A DNA stretch of 62,545 nucleotides, filler included, from Choristocarpus tenellus KU-1152 (Eukaryota > Protista > Phaeophyceae): NCBI GenBank assembly GCA_964200185.2. It is 7 parts of 7 records of this genome, joined end to end, with 100 filler letters (N's around TTAATTAATTAA, not from the genome) between each part and the next. Parts side by side here need not be neighbours in the genome. Positions count along the whole stretch, not along the records: positions 17,880 to 26,356 come from CAXNAD020004666.1; positions 26,457 to 30,110 come from CAXNAD020018702.1; positions 30,211 to 47,583 come from CAXNAD020000681.1; 4 more parts are not named here. One strand, given 5' to 3'. Below the pieces are notes generated by a model. The model saw only the letters and a program-made list of their open reading frames with translations, made no database searches and was not told the DNA's origin. Both the position numbers and the translations under genes were made by a program. Shown here in pieces: positions 20,901-34,900 of the stretch (within the stretch, counting starts at the first letter, position 1; every line of letters begins with the position of its first letter).

Positions 20901-23900
20901 CGCCATGTACCCCTCTCAGTCCTTGTCAGACCACGTCAGGTCCTCGATCAAACCATCAATCCCCAGACTTTACAGTACCGGCCGGACCTCACACGTTCGC
21001 AACACGCCTGCAAGGATCACAACAAAACCCTCGATAAAAATTGACCAATTGAGCCGGACGGCACGACTCTCCACCGTTCTGATTGGACGAACAAAGACCA
21101 ATGTAGAAATAATAATAATAATACAACGTCCTCAAACAGCGACAACAACCAGCAGAGAGATCTTCTCCGATGTCTCCTGAGTGAACTATTGGTTAAAAGA
21201 AGGCATGGATGACCTACAGCAGGGGGCGTGCTCATGAAGAGACTGACTGACAACCGAGGCCAGTAGGCGAGGGATGGGGACGGGGACGGGGGGGGGGACG
21301 GGCGGAATCAGGAGGTTGCAAGACAACCCAGCACCTCTCAAGCCGACTAGGAGAATGACGGGTGATCATTTCGAACGTCTCCTGAGGACAGAATTCTTGT
21401 TGGTTGTAAAGCTACAGCGTGCTGAGTCTTAGCCATGAAGCGGAGACTACCTACCGGACGAAAGTAGGAACCAATAAAAAAACAAAAAAATCTTGAAAAA
21501 AACAAAAAACATAAACAAACACACACACACACACATATTAGAATTATTGAGACACAATGGCACAATGTGGTACTTTTCCAAAAATAAAACAAAGAGGCAC
21601 GGTGCGTACTACAGAAGAGTCAGAAAAAAAAAACTTTCTGTTTGATTTGGTTCTTTTCAACAGAGTGAATACAGGAGTGCAAAAGAAGTGAACCACACTC
21701 TGCCGTACGATCAAGCCTCACCAATACATGTACTGCCTGTCCTACATTCACATCTCTCTTCATAAAAAAAGACGAGCATCTAGAGGGTACACCCTCTGAC
21801 CCTAACCCTAACCCTAACCCTAAAAATGCACGCAATTAGTTAAATCAATTACCTCCCCTACGAAGCCCCTCCAAAAGCAGTAACCACACCGCTACGGCCC
21901 TACCCGTGAGCAAATGGTTCTAAAAAAAATGTTAAATATATATATATATATATAATCTACGTCCTTTATAGCTCCAATTCAAGTTCTTATTCAATTATTC
22001 AGAAGAGTCACGAGTGCCTGCAAGCAAGACAGCTAAGCCACCTCTCTGTCTGAGCGTAACACCTCTTCATGCCAACTTCAAGAGAGAAAAGTCAACCACA
22101 AGAAGATTTCGTACGAGCCCAAACATGTGAAAATCGGGACAACAAAAAATTCTCTCCAACAACCAACTCGATCGCAGCAACGACTGACTGACCCTGCTGT
22201 GGGGCCCTGAAAACAGCTGTCAATGAAGCTATATAGTAAAAAAAAAAATGGTACTTAAACAATTTCTCTCCAACAACCAACTCGGTCGCAGCAACAACTG
22301 ACTGACCCTGCTGTGGGGCCCTGAAAACAGCTGCCAATGAAGCTATATAGTAAAAAAAAATAATTGGTACTTAAAAAAATTCTCTCCAACAACCAACTCG
22401 GTCGCAGCAACGACTGACTGACCCTGCTGTGGGCCCCTGAAAACAGCTGCCAATGAAGCTATATAGTAAAAAAAACAAACTGGTACTTGAGCGTTGACAC
22501 CCCCCAACAAAACATCTTAAAAAAAAATTCCAAGAAAGTAAAACAATAAATAATAATAACCAACACGCTTGGCAGGTACTATAAACTCTATGGAGAAAAG
22601 GAAAACTGCTACATTCAACCAAGTGACAAAACAAAAAACTTACATATTTTATAGTGAAGGTATATGTATGAACTTTTTCATTTGAGCGAAAAGATAAGAA
22701 AAACAGTAGATAAGTAAACGTGTTGAGCACATTCAATGGTTATATACTATTTCGAGGTACCCAATGGAACCAACAGTTCTACCACCTCATAATCGGCTAC
22801 TGGGATTGCAGGACAGTTTCAGGGGTTGGGAGGGAGGGGGCTGGTGACGGAAGTGAAGTGGCACTTATTTTGGGGTCTTGACTCTTTTTCATTCCAGCCG
22901 CAACAAAATTGTATCCAAAATTCGAAATTTTTTCATATTTACAAGGGTCATTCCAACCTCAGGGGAGACTACAATTGTCCATGATACGATATATGCCTGG
23001 AAAATATGTGAAACCTTTATGCCAGGCCTCTGATATACCTGCAATACTGAAGAGACTGATCACTTGTATGATAGCTTATGAGACAGTATGCTCAACATAC
23101 TCCAAGCACTTGGTGAAACACTTCATGTAAGGTACCCCTGGTGAGAGGTGCCTTCCACTTCTGGCAGCACATATTACTTGTTAATAACGAAGTATGAGAA
23201 GTAGTCCATTACTCCTACAACCACTATTCATTCTACTTCTGTCAAGTCCATCGCTGCTGGAGCATTGTCATCAACAGGATGCTACAGCGCAAAGCCAGAG
23301 GGGTGTTGAGACTTCAACTCCCACCTTACACAGTTTTTGATGGCTGTTATATCGTGCACATCAAAGTGCCAAGATTTAAGATCTAGCCCCCTTAATGATT
23401 TGAATACAATAAACTGTAGACAGCACACGTATATTTTCATACTCGTGTAGGAATGTGCATGTACTATTATGATGACATTGTAGTGCGTAGTGTTTATCAT
23501 TATGCCCTAGTACTGATCTACAAATAGTGTCATACGTGTAAGGACTACTAATTCTAATAATAGTATTTGATGACTGATATCAAGCACCTCTCTGCAACAT
23601 CATGTCAAGTATGTAGGGAACGAGAACGAAGTAGAGCATGCTTACATTGCAGAATCTGATCAAGCAGAGAAAAACGGCCCAACTTTGGAACAAAAACAAC
23701 ATGAAACCGTTATCATGGTTTGTGGTGAGCACTGTGCTGTAAGGGATAACAACTATGGATGGAGGTACAACAGTCAATTTGTATTCTGTAACACGCTGAC
23801 TTTTTTTGTCCTTCCTTCCCTAATAGGGATTTTCATCCTGTAAGGGGGGAATTAAATGATATTGTATGTCGTTTGAGACTGGGGGGCTTTCCAGATACAT

Positions 23901-24875
23901 AAACATCCCATTGCTTTGACCTCCAGAGATGTAAGAAACCTTAAAAAGAGTAATATTTTGGCGTAGTAAACGCAAACAAAATTGAGACGCTAAAATGCTA
24001 ACACCAGTCAGCTTGCTGTTATGCAAGGCTCTCTTTCGGTAGATCTGAACATGTGGCAAAAATATTCCTTTTGTTTCACTGGACAATACACCACTCACCA
24101 CGATCTCAACGCTATCCCCGCCACCCTTGGCATCAAGGGCATACATTGTTAGATCTTTCGAATCCTCTCGCTCTCGCCTCTCGGGAACAACGATATCTCC
24201 TTTGACCGTAGCACTGATATAAGCTACGCGATCACTGCTGCTTGCAGGGAGGCCGAAGGAGTAGGAGCTGCCCACACCGTCCACTTGGTATGTCGTTTTT
24301 GTCTGGGTAGTAAGTGGGAGGGTATTGTAGTTATTGGCAAACCTAAACAGATATAATAGGGTAAGGTTCATGGCGGTTATCCATCGAGCCCTGGAGAGTG
24401 GTATTCAATGCAATTGATCCAATATTTGAGCTAAGTCGTGAGTGTATTCACGTCGGCAAAGAGTCGGAGTGAGGAAGTGATAAGGAGCATAAGGGTAAAG
24501 ATTTCGGATTAAACAATACCAACCTTTCAACCCCCGATAGCGCAATCACCCACGCGAAAAGAAATATGATGTGAAGGGTGGCACGAGTGCGTGCCAAGTA
24601 AATTGCACTCCACCTCAAACAATCGATCCTGATAGTAGGGTATGTTTCCCATATGCTACATCTCAACCAGCTGTTGGAATGGAGATCCTCACCCTGACCA
24701 TCTGAGTCGATATGTCAATGAGCCTTTTGATTTTGGAGTTTACCACCTCCGCTTTCGCACATCCGCACAGGGATCCCAAGATCGTCCAGACCAAACACAG
24801 CAGAACCACCTCCCTCTGCAATTTCTTCGTCCTTGTTAGTCGACCTGTTTTCGACTTCACATCGGGAGCCGCCAT
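17915..24875 (-). CDS. RPN1: Ribophorin I (oligosaccharyltransferase subunit 1), exons 1-4 only; truncated at an assembly gap
   Basis: Phase-0 GT-AG exons: 24875-24693 (signal peptide...AEVVNSKIKRLIDISTQMVR), 24302-24099 (TKTTYQVDG..YSFGLP..RVAYISAT..), 20138-19986 (ITAIYTDYLEAFPKEITQVDNQLVLYTGS..SPYATTTQST), 18031-17915 (..GETVNYGPF..MHLHY). The PxEIxQ, SPY and YGPF motifs are characteristic of ribophorin I/Ost1. Confidence 0.9.
20159..20282. repeat. Local tandem duplication (~61 bp x2) next to the acceptor of RPN1 exon 3
   Basis: AAAAAGCAT..CATGTACGCACACAGACATATTTAAGAATAAAATATCCACAGCAATA occurs twice. Confidence 0.9.
22143..22488. repeat. ~118-bp tandem triplication in an RPN1 intron
   Basis: Three near-identical copies of TTCTCTCCAACAACCAACTCG..GACTGACCCTGCTGTGGGGCCCTGAAAACAGCTGCCAATGAAGCTATATAGTA(n)..GGTACTT. 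Confidence 0.9.
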
Positions 24876-26899
24876 ACCCACCATTGGATGCAGCCCTTGT
24901 GCAAATCTTGGGTTTGGCCAAGGTCGACCCATGAGATCCTGGCGTGTCCCGATTGCCTATCCGTAGAAGAACGAGTTATGGTAAGGTCTATTTTGGGCGG
25001 ATGGATGGATGGACGATGAATACTCCACTCCATCTATTAAAGAACCCAAAGTTGTTGGTACACCTAAATGCAGAGGTTGGGGTATGTCGTCTAGTTGATC
25101 GCTGAGTTCGATGTGCTCTTCAACTGGATTGTCTGTTACCATTCGAAATGGATATTGGTCTTGAGTCGTTCAGCCTGGTCAATGGAAGCAATTTTTGCAA
25201 TCGGTACAGTCCCTCAAATCCTCTATACTCTGTTACTTACCCTTGACTCATAAGCTGCTGGGAAGCGTCAACAATGGACCGGGTAGAAGGGTAGAGAGAG
25301 CATTCAAACTCATAGAGGTGAAACGGTCGAGGCAGAAAGTCTGTTGGGCCGCGTAGAAACCGAGGTATGGGGTCGCCATTGATTATGTCACCATTGCACA
25401 TACGCATACGATTGTAGTGGTCTGATGTAGGAGACAGGGGATGCTGTTTGCGGTGGTGTTTTCAGAGTTTTCCTTGAGAATCTATACACGTAAGACCGGG
25501 TAGGTAAGAAGATGGGAAGAAAGCACTGAAAGAATTACTTCATCTCCTAAACTTGTTTCCTCCTTCTGCTGTTATCGTATAGATAGTATGGGCAACATTC
25601 AGTGGGCAGTAATATTGCACACAAATCGCAGGAGTAGTGTTGTTTCCCAAACTGGAAACAACTGGATCTCAAATTACACCCATCCCTAAAAGCTTAGCGT
25701 AGTGTACTTGAAATTTATTCAATATGAGTCGTCAGCATACCCAAAGCTGGCCATGATTCATCCCCAACACCTGTATCCTCATAGTCACAACACTGTGACC
25801 AACATTTGTCTACTCATGTCATTCCTACAGCTCACACAAGGGCATTATCTGGGCTGCTATTTGTGCGCACACAATTTAAATCCATTATTTTACAGATTAT
25901 AATATTATAATTATCATACTAGTACCCATCAAAGAGGCTGTTCCTGATCAAACCTCTGGTGACCTTCCCCTTGCCTCAAGGTCCATCGGATGAATTTTCT
26001 AAATTCAAGATCATTAGATCTTTCAGGGGGCAATAATCGAACCGTGAAGCCATTAGTACTGGTTGGAAGAGTTAGAGAACCTTGTTGGGGACTTCTTTAC
26101 TGTGTCTCTTCATTTTTGCCACTCCTTAACCCCCTTTCTCTACTGCGGAAGTGAGCATTATCATTGTACTGTAAATCGCCAATACTAAGAGCAATTTTGG
26201 ATGAGCAACGGAGCATGCTTTGAAGTACATCTGTTGAGCATAGAACTGGAGAGTCATCTGCTTATATAACGGTAAATAAAGAAAGGCGATAGTGCATGGG
26301 CTCAAAGGATCTGGGGGGGGGGGGATTTCTACACCAGGGTGTCCATTTGGACCCTANNNNNNNNNNNNNNNNNNNNNNNNNNNNNNNNNNNNNNNNNNNN
26401 TTAATTAATTAANNNNNNNNNNNNNNNNNNNNNNNNNNNNNNNNNNNNNNNNNNNNCTTGGGAACACCAGTTTCTTTAATAGTGTACATATCACACATCA
26501 TTCCCTACCCCAAACACACGGTATTATCTCTCACACGTTTTACCAAGCTTGGACAATTTCACACGATAAAATAATAGAGGGTTCTTGTGTCTCGCATGCT
26601 CTGAAGATGCTCATCGAGTAGATATATTCCTCCTTTCAGTATCTTTTGTCCATTACCAAAACACAGCACATATCACCAAATTATGGTTCATTCCATATCG
26701 TCCTACCCTGCCTGCTTTTTATCCATGTGACATGCATTGCTTGTCACATACATTGCTTGTCACATGGAGCTATGGGTTCCAAAACTGCCCAAATATCTTG
26801 AACCACTCGAACTCCTTTGCTTCCTCCTTCTCCTCGTCATTTGCCTCCTCGTGTACTGTATGTAACAGGGGTCAGCTGAGTTTACATGCATTATATCAT

Positions 26900-28330
26900 T
26901 ACGCCGGATAATATCGCCAAGTCCGGACACGACTTTCATTATTTCAAAGAAGAAACGTGTGTCGCCCACAAGAACGCGGTCGTGAACCTGCAGACCTAAC
27001 CAGGAAGGCATCGTTATTACATGCACTGTCCTCGGCGACAATCACGACCCAGATCGTATCCAACTCCTGATCAACAACCTCTCCAACTTCTGCAATTTTG
27101 CACCTCCACGACACTGGTAGAGGGTGGCGTATCTACGCCTGGAGATAGTGGAGGACTCGATCCCGATAGTGATGAAGAGGAACAGGAGATGCCATTGCCT
27201 AACCCAACAGAAGGGACACACTATGGGAGCAGCCTGGCAACCCCAACCTCGGAACACGACTCTACAGGCGATAGGGACCGATATCTGGTCTAGCGTTTTG
27301 TCATCTTCAGAGAAGGATGTCAAGGAAGACATGGGAGAGGTGCTAGACAGGGGATAGGAGTCCATCCCTGCGGGAAATGATCCTGGAATGTCGCCAATCG
27401 TCCATGCAGTGGGTAGCAGCCGGGATAAGTCCGTCGATCTAGACCCAACGGGTAAAAGGGAGAGGAATGGCGAGACTGGGGAGCGAAGTGGGACCTCCAC
27501 CCATGCCGAGCAATGGAACCTATGGCTGAGAGGAAATCATCAGGTTCTTCTCTGAGAGACAAGTCTTCAGCGAAAAAGGAAAACCTTGACAAGACTAAAA
27601 CTTCGGTCAATAGGAAGAAGAGGTCGGCAACAGTTGTCGGACGGATCAGGCCCTTCAAACAGCCTCGTGCAAATGATGGTATGAACGACAATAAAGCTTC
27701 TTCACGAATATATTCGCTTCTGCCAGTACGAACAGAGAGGTGGAAACAGCAGCGACAAACAAAAGAGTACATCAGAGAGACACACTGGTCACAAAAGGTT
27801 CAGATGCCGCGGTCCAGGACGAAGATGGGGACAGTCCTGCACATGGTGATGACCCCTGCGCCTCACAGCAATCAGTCAACTCCGGTGGTCCAACCATAGT
27901 GGGAACAACAGAAGCTCTCGTGGAGGGATGCGTGGAGGGATGCGTGACGGAAATCCTCCAATTGGTCACAAAACCTGCACCTTAGCAGTACCATGTCCAG
28001 ACACAGCTCCTAACCCAGGCCATACAACCATGGGTTCAGACAAGTCAAGGTCGGCAGAGCAGCCAAAAATCATGTCCAAGGGGATCACTGTGATGTACAC
28101 GAGTAAATCCTAAAAACCTGAGTGGTGATGGAGGGAAGCCGAAGAGCACGTTGCATGTTGAGCATGTGGAAGCCCTCCGTGCAAGAAAAGCCATATTCAT
28201 GAGCCTGGTGAAGCCAGAACCGTGGAACGAGGGTTATTCCACACGACCCAACCCGTGGCACCAACTAACCGAGGTTTTCCCAAACCTTGTAGAGTGGTGG
28301 GAGAAGGGGGTGACCATTGCCAATTCCGAT
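26900..28330 (+). mobile_element. Probable decayed retroelement ORF1/gag-like low-complexity coding remnant
   Basis: GC-richer region with broken, overlapping acidic/basic ORFs (27021, 27513, 27740) and no introns or recognisable domain. Confidence 0.25.
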
Positions 28331-28629
28331 ATGCCCATCAATAAGAATAGAGCCTTGTTCTTTTCATATTTTTCTTGAAGTACGGGTTGCGTTACTTGTG
28401 TCTGATTCGGTCGGCCCAAACTGTACCGTAGAAGGTTAGAATTAACATGTTCATGCAGTTTCCATCCGATGGTTTATGGATTCCACGGTGGTATCGGATA
28501 CATGCGGACTAGTCAGAGGTGTCAGTGCATCATGTATGATGATACTCATCTTGAGGGTTAGACTTATGTTGTTATTTTTTTAACGAAATGTGTCCAATCC
28601 AAGGCTCAGACTGCTAAGAAATATATCAT

Positions 28630-29190
28630 ATTTTATAACCAACTCTTCTCATTCTTTGCGGCTAAGTTTCCAAACACGTTGCTAAGGTCTGCATTAGACA
28701 CCTTATAATCTTTCCAGGCGCTAACTATTCTCTTAACCCTACCTAGCTCCCTTCTACTTCTCATCCTTCCATGCACCATATTAAAACTAACCATACATCA
28801 TCCTTTCCCGACTATGTCCCTCTGGTGAACCCAATGCTTCTTCATCATACCCATTGACGCTTACCAAAATATGGCTTCGGTTCAATATTCGGGTTCACCT
28901 TCCTAACCTCAAAATAGCCTGAACATAATCATAACACGTACATACTCCATGATTGCAAACCTCACACTCACACTTCAAGCTTATGTCTACACTTCTTCAC
29001 CTCTTCACCTCGAAACCACTCTTCCCCACAATGTAGAGAGGGATTGATCATAACCCTATCTGCGATGCATGGCGTAGGATCCAACCATCTTCGCACAATT
29101 ACTTATTTGTGGTACCTAACCCCAACACGAACGCTGATCCTCCCGCCTGTTAAAATATTCCACACTGGACCCGTGGCTTCGTGCTTGATG
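28630..29190 (-). mobile_element. RTE-like LINE 3' remnant
   Basis: Broken minus-strand translation ..RERMMYG..G.R..W...DL..F..LAAKNEKSW resembles the RTE post-RT C-terminal tail. Confidence 0.4.
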
Positions 29191-29922
29191 GAAGACAATG
29201 AATAGCTTAGTGTATATATGCAATATTAGTGCTAGAGGGGCTTATGGTCTCGATTCCGCTGACTGAATTGATAGGGTGAGATAAGCCTAGACTACGATTA
29301 TTAATTCCTATAGTGTGGGGTTTGCAATCGTCCACACAAATTTACTATGAATCACTATTTAATTTGTCTTCAGCTTATAGCAAGTGTATGTTGAACATGA
29401 CATGAATCAATGGATACTAGCGAGTAAATACATATGGTGTATCTATCGCTGGCTCTCCATCATATTATCTAACCCACCGGTGGTGTCCATAGCGTATCAG
29501 CAGCACTATCTACGAACACTCTCCCTTACTGCGCAGACACTATGCACCCTAAATATCTACATCTCTGAAACTAGAGAAAAACAAACTTCTGCTAGCTCTC
29601 TCAAAAACAATGCCACAAATACTCCCTAACATCAATGTTGACGTTGGGTCTGTGTAGGTACTATAAATCAGTCATCACTCTACTACCGTTTCTATTGCAG
29701 TCTCTGTGTAAACATTTTTGGGGGGTATTTTCTCCTGCAGGTCCTCAACAATACCATGTTGCATCTCCTACGATCAACAAAATCCTCCCTCTAGTACATC
29801 ATCATTACTTGCAATAAATAGAAGAATTGCAGTTACCATCAATATTGGTCTGGGGTCATTAAGAATCAGCCACCCATCTGTCCTATTGCAGTCTCATGTG
29901 GGAACATTCTCAGGTACTTTCT

Positions 29923-30078
29923 GGGTCAAAGTATCTGGGGAGGGGGTGATAGGTGTCCATTTGGGGTCAATTTTTTCATGTCGCGATTTTTGTTTGATTT
30001 GGTTGCATACATCGGATGGATAATGTAACTATACTTTTCCTGATTTCGACCCAAATGGATACACTGGTGTAGATATTT
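29923..30078 (-). mobile_element. MITE family B copy (reverse orientation)
   Basis: GGGTCAAAGTATCTGGGG...GTCCATTTGGGGTCAATTTTTTCATGTCGCG...CCCAAATGGATACACTGGTGTAGA. Confidence 0.8.
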
Positions 30079-30254
30079 CTCACGTCCCCTTTTCTTTTTT
30101 TTTTTAGTAGNNNNNNNNNNNNNNNNNNNNNNNNNNNNNNNNNNNNNNNNNNNNTTAATTAATTAANNNNNNNNNNNNNNNNNNNNNNNNNNNNNNNNNN
30201 NNNNNNNNNNCTAAATGGACAGCCGCCACACCCTCCCAGATACTTTGAGCCCTC

Positions 30255-30685
30255 TAGCCTAGCTTAGCCCTACACAAGTGGGCAAGGAGGTAAGGAAGCA
30301 TCCCAAGAGTCTGACAGACCACTTCTTGCCCATCTGCTTGGTGTCTCTAGTTTGAAATACACAGCGTGTCTTGAGAGAGCCACTTGTGTACCTGTCCTCC
30401 TGCCTTAGGTCAAGGATGAGTACGTTGGATGTTGACATTATTCCTCCTGCACCCAACCATCGGGCACCTGTTGGATAGGGTCACCCTCCCTAGAGATCTG
30501 GTGGCAGTGAGTCTTAACTCTATGGAAGGGATTTGGCGTGCTGGTTTCAGGGGCTGTGTGGAAACACATGCAATGGCCCCTTGTCCACACTGGTTCTGGT
30601 GGCGGACCAGGGCTAGCAAAGAACTTTATCTCCCTGGTTGTGCAATGTGGGGGAGGTTGGCCAATTGCATGTGGAAAGACTTAAG
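30255..30685 (-). mobile_element. Non-LTR retrotransposon remnant (zinc-knuckle region upstream of the REL endonuclease)
   Basis: ..NQCGQGAIACVSTQP...IPSIELRLTATRSLG...RCPMVGC.. matches the post-RT/CCHC region of CRE-like elements; a related short stretch lies at ~52850-52900. Confidence 0.5.
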
Positions 30686-31084
30686 ATACTCATCCATACT
30701 TTCCATGTTGTACTATTATCATTACCTCTACCTCAATAATATAATATCGATACGGATATTTCAAATGTAATGTTGATATGTGTTTCTGTCCATTAAAGCA
30801 CGAATTTAAATATACTATTGGATTCCACACTGCCCTCCACATTCCAAAAGCATCTTGGTTCACTATCACGTTATCAGGTTTCATGGAACCTTCCTTCTGG
30901 TGCATGAGTTCTGCCAGTCCTGACCTTTGTGTCCTTCCTCAGCAGGGGCAGTTAGTAAGTGTTGTCCCCCTTCTATAGCATGATCGATCGACTCCCGCTT
31001 GCAGGGTCGTCCGCACTAAGGTGTATTACGTGAACCTTGGCTTTAGGGTTAGGGCTATCTATATCTTTTTGGGACGATCAACTA

Positions 31085-31385
31085 TATAGATGATGGATGA
31101 CCAACTACGTTGTAAGGCTTCTGATGGGGATGACATTCACGGGTTACCGAAAGCTCACCCATATTAATATATTTGCGTCCCCTATTCGCCTTCCATAGCG
31201 AGCCGAGCGCCGGATCAAGGATGTCTTGACCCTTGTGCTGCCTATGATCACCCTTCCATAGTCGTTGATGAAGACGATGCCGAAAGTGCCAACAACCCGT
31301 TTGAGGTCCCCTTTGACCAGAACTGCCTGGAACGAGATCCAGGATCACAACATTTCTCTCTGAATTCGTTAGATTCTTCCTCTTC
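31085..31385 (-). mobile_element. Tc1/mariner-type transposase N-terminal remnant
   Basis: Translation KRKNLTNSERNVVILDL...RLWK...KANRGRKYI resembles the N-terminal HTH region of plant/stramenopile mariner transposases; frameshifted. Confidence 0.4.
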
Positions 31386-31915
31386 GTATGTCGGTATCCC
31401 TTTCCTTGTTGGAGATGTGTGAAGGTGATCAGAAGACCTTTTTCATGTCCGGCCTACACAAGGAAGTTCACATTGGATTGGTGGGACTTAATACAAATTC
31501 AAAATTTCGAAAAGTATCTAGATAGAAATGGAAATTATTTTCTTAAAACGTCAAAAAGAAATTCGTTGTATGACAAGAGGTGTGACATCCAATTTCTGTA
31601 TTAATCTTTCTTTTTAAACCAAACAAACTTCTATTAGTATTATTGTTAATACATTATATTTATTATTATGTCCTCTTACATTTTGCAGATGTGTCAGGGG
31701 GGAAACCAATGAAAATATTAATACATTATCAGTGTTGGAACATGCATAAAAATATACAAGAATGATGTTTTTATTTCTACAGTAGTCGTATTTTATACTT
31801 CATATTTCACATAAATATACTACATACATGTAATGTTCATCCCCCCCTTCTCCAATTTTGTTATTGCTTTTGTGATTATGTACATTTATGTGTTGGAGAT
31901 GGTCAAAACCACATC

Positions 31916-34900
31916 ATGATCCTCTCTGCTTTTCTAACGCTCTCACCTCTGCCCAGCTCCGCAAGCTTTCGACCATGCATTTGCCACGAACCTTCTGCTA
32001 AGTTGAACTCCTTTTCAGATAGGGGGAAGGTCGTACCAGGGATAGGCCGCGTTGCTGCCAATGGGGTTCATTTAGGTGTCCTTCCAATTGAAGGAGAAAA
32101 AACAGCCCAGGTTCAGCGCCCTCCTGATGGCACGGAGGGTAGAAATGGTCGCTACCACGGATGGAGTCGAGGTTATAGCTCTAGAAATCGATGTCTAGAG
32201 AAACAGGGGACCATAAGGCGCGGTTGGGGAATCGGTGCTGTTAGGAAGAGAGCATTAAAAAGGTCATCGAAACACACATCGATGATGTCTATGACAAGAC
32301 CAGAGAAAAGTCCGGCCGAGAAACGGCAGAGGGACGATTTCTTTCGGCTTGTGGATGCCGCTCGGAATCGAAACACCAATCTCCTCCGGTCTGTGGTCGA
32401 TGGGCTAATTGAAAACGAAGACAAGGTGCGATCGGAGACAGGTTTATCTCCGAATGTACGACCCCTGCAGGATGTCTTACTCAGGGCTGCCAGCCGTTGC
32501 GGACAACTGGTCTTGGCGGAAAGGGTGTTCAAGGTGATTCGATCTGCAGTTTTCTACGTATTAGCTAGGCTTCCCCTGCGCAAATAGCGATTGCGTTTCC
32601 TTTTGGGCATTGCTGAGTTGTAGGTCAATGTCTTGGACTGTCTGAAAGGCCTTTAGCTCTGATGTCTACCAATATTTTGGCTTTGTCTCACAATTATGTG
32701 CCCAGTCCTTCGAGATGAGCGTCGCAATTATCAAACTTCTCCAGTCTTGGGTACATTGAATATGAAGAGTCCTCAAACTCCTCTTACCCTTGCTCGAACG
32801 AATTAGTTTGAGGTACCTTATTTTTCTACTTGGTCAAGTGCCACTGAAAGTCATGGGCTCGGGAAGAGTTCTCTCCCAATTCGTAAGGTCTCTCTCTCCT
32901 TTTGTACAATACATGCAATCTTTATATATTCCCAGGTAATGCTCAACACTGGGCAGTGTCCAACCCTTCACACAGCAGGGGCGTTCTTGGACGCTCTTAA
33001 GACAGCGAGACAAGCAGACCGCTGTGTTGCAGTATCATCCCAACTGCTGGCACTGGGGGCAACTTTGAGTGATGTTTGTTTGAACATTGTTGTTGCAGCT
33101 CTTGTTCAGGTATTGAAACTCAGTACAACACCTTTCAATGGCCACAAATATATGAAGCACGTTGTCCTGAGTCGTATGATACTCACCAATACATCATTAT
33201 TACAACGTCTCTTTAGCTGGATTATTGTTCTGATACTATAATCTTTTGTAGCACGTTAATATCATTTTATACTTTTTCCTTCAACTGTTTTCCTTTACAT
33301 ACTTGCATCCTATGCGCATGCCATTTTTTGGTGCTTCAATTGAATAGTTCAAGACCAGAAGATTTCAGAACAAAATATAATTGTGTGAGAAAGGGGAGAG
33401 ATTAACAAGGGTCCCATGCACTTGTGGATATTTGTGTTCTTCACCTGTGATATGTTGACCAGAACCGGATGCATCAGTGGTGGTGATACAACAATAATTA
33501 ATAGTTGGAATATACATAAATGCTGCTGGTGCTCCTCTTCCCATGGTTAGGTGCTAGTGACACACCATATTCTATGCCATACCTTACCCATTGTACCTTA
33601 TTCGGGAATGTGTATTCGGGGCATGCAATATTCCCCTTTACATGATATAGAGTGTTTGGGGATTGTCTACTACTTGAAGTAGAATGTGGTTTTGTGGGGC
33701 CCAGCATATACAGCTAGTTTCTTAATTTTGTCTAAATAGAACCTCTAGGCTAGTACTGAAAAGAGGGACTATGGTGCTCACTCTTGGAATTTTACGTTCA
33801 GTATTGCTGCCAAGCTATCCTTACTTACTGCATTGCTGCTTGCTTGGTAGTCACTTGTTTTTGTCTGCTATTGACTCACCGATGAAATTATTGACATCTT
33901 TTTTGTTATGAATAGGCTGGAGACTTCAAGAGGGGCATGGATACCCTCAAGGAAGCAGAGACAGAGTGGGGTATTCGTCCAGACACCTGCACGTGAGAGA
34001 ATTTTGCATGATTGCAGTGGTTGTTCTGTTCCTAAGTAGATTGTAGGGATATTTGTGCAATTGCACAAAATGAAGTGACATTTCCACTGTCTTGACCTTG
34101 AAGTGTAAGGGGATGAACATGTGTGAGAAGTGTTGAAGCAAGGTTTCTGTGTTGAGCAATAGTAGTTTTGTGTAATGCAAGATATTCTCAAGAGTGATGT
34201 TGAGTTGAGTAAGGCAAACACCTCTCTGGTTATATATGGCAGTGTTGTCAGGATGTGCCTAATTATTATACAGAACAAGTTGTGCGCAACAACTCATCAT
34301 ACACAGAGTACACACACCAAAGTACAAGGGAAAGCTGACTCCTCGTATGAATGTTGTGACATGTGTCAATTTATAGATAAGCCTCTTTATCGTTAGATTT
34401 GCGTTAATGGTGGTGCATCTTGGTGAACCTCTGCAAGTATATCTCTCTGCTTGCTTGTAGTGTCTGTTTTGGGACTGACAAAAGTTGACTGAAATTTCAT
34501 CACTTATTTGCAGCTTTTGTGCAAAATCCTCTATTTTATGATGGCAAGGTTCTTCAATACATTATTTTGATGAAACAGAGCAAATCCCAGGCTTTTCATT
34601 GGGCCAGGCAGTTGGTCAGTCCAGCTTCTGATCCAGGGCATCAGGCCAGTCTGTGGACTGGACTGTGGACACAATTGACGGCCTGGGATTAAATCTTTCG
34701 GATATGTACTGCACAATAAGCTGGGTTGGGCTAATAACTGAAGCATGTAATTTTTGAGATCGGGGCTATTAACGAAGTGTTTTACCAGGCTTATCCAAAA
34801 CTTGAAATAAAAAATGTCTCCGGGGGTCAGACCTATGAAAAACATCTTACATCGGGCCTGCCCATTCGATCTACATCTGTTCAACCCCCTGACTCAGTTG

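Noticed and set aside
22143-22488. CRISPR-like array or repeated peptide ORFs (22092..22337)
   Set aside because: Full-unit tandem triplication inside an intron; the ORFs are by-products.
24957-25480. Small minus-strand ORFs and splice-like signals upstream of RPN1
   Set aside because: No consistent exon chain or recognisable product could be built.
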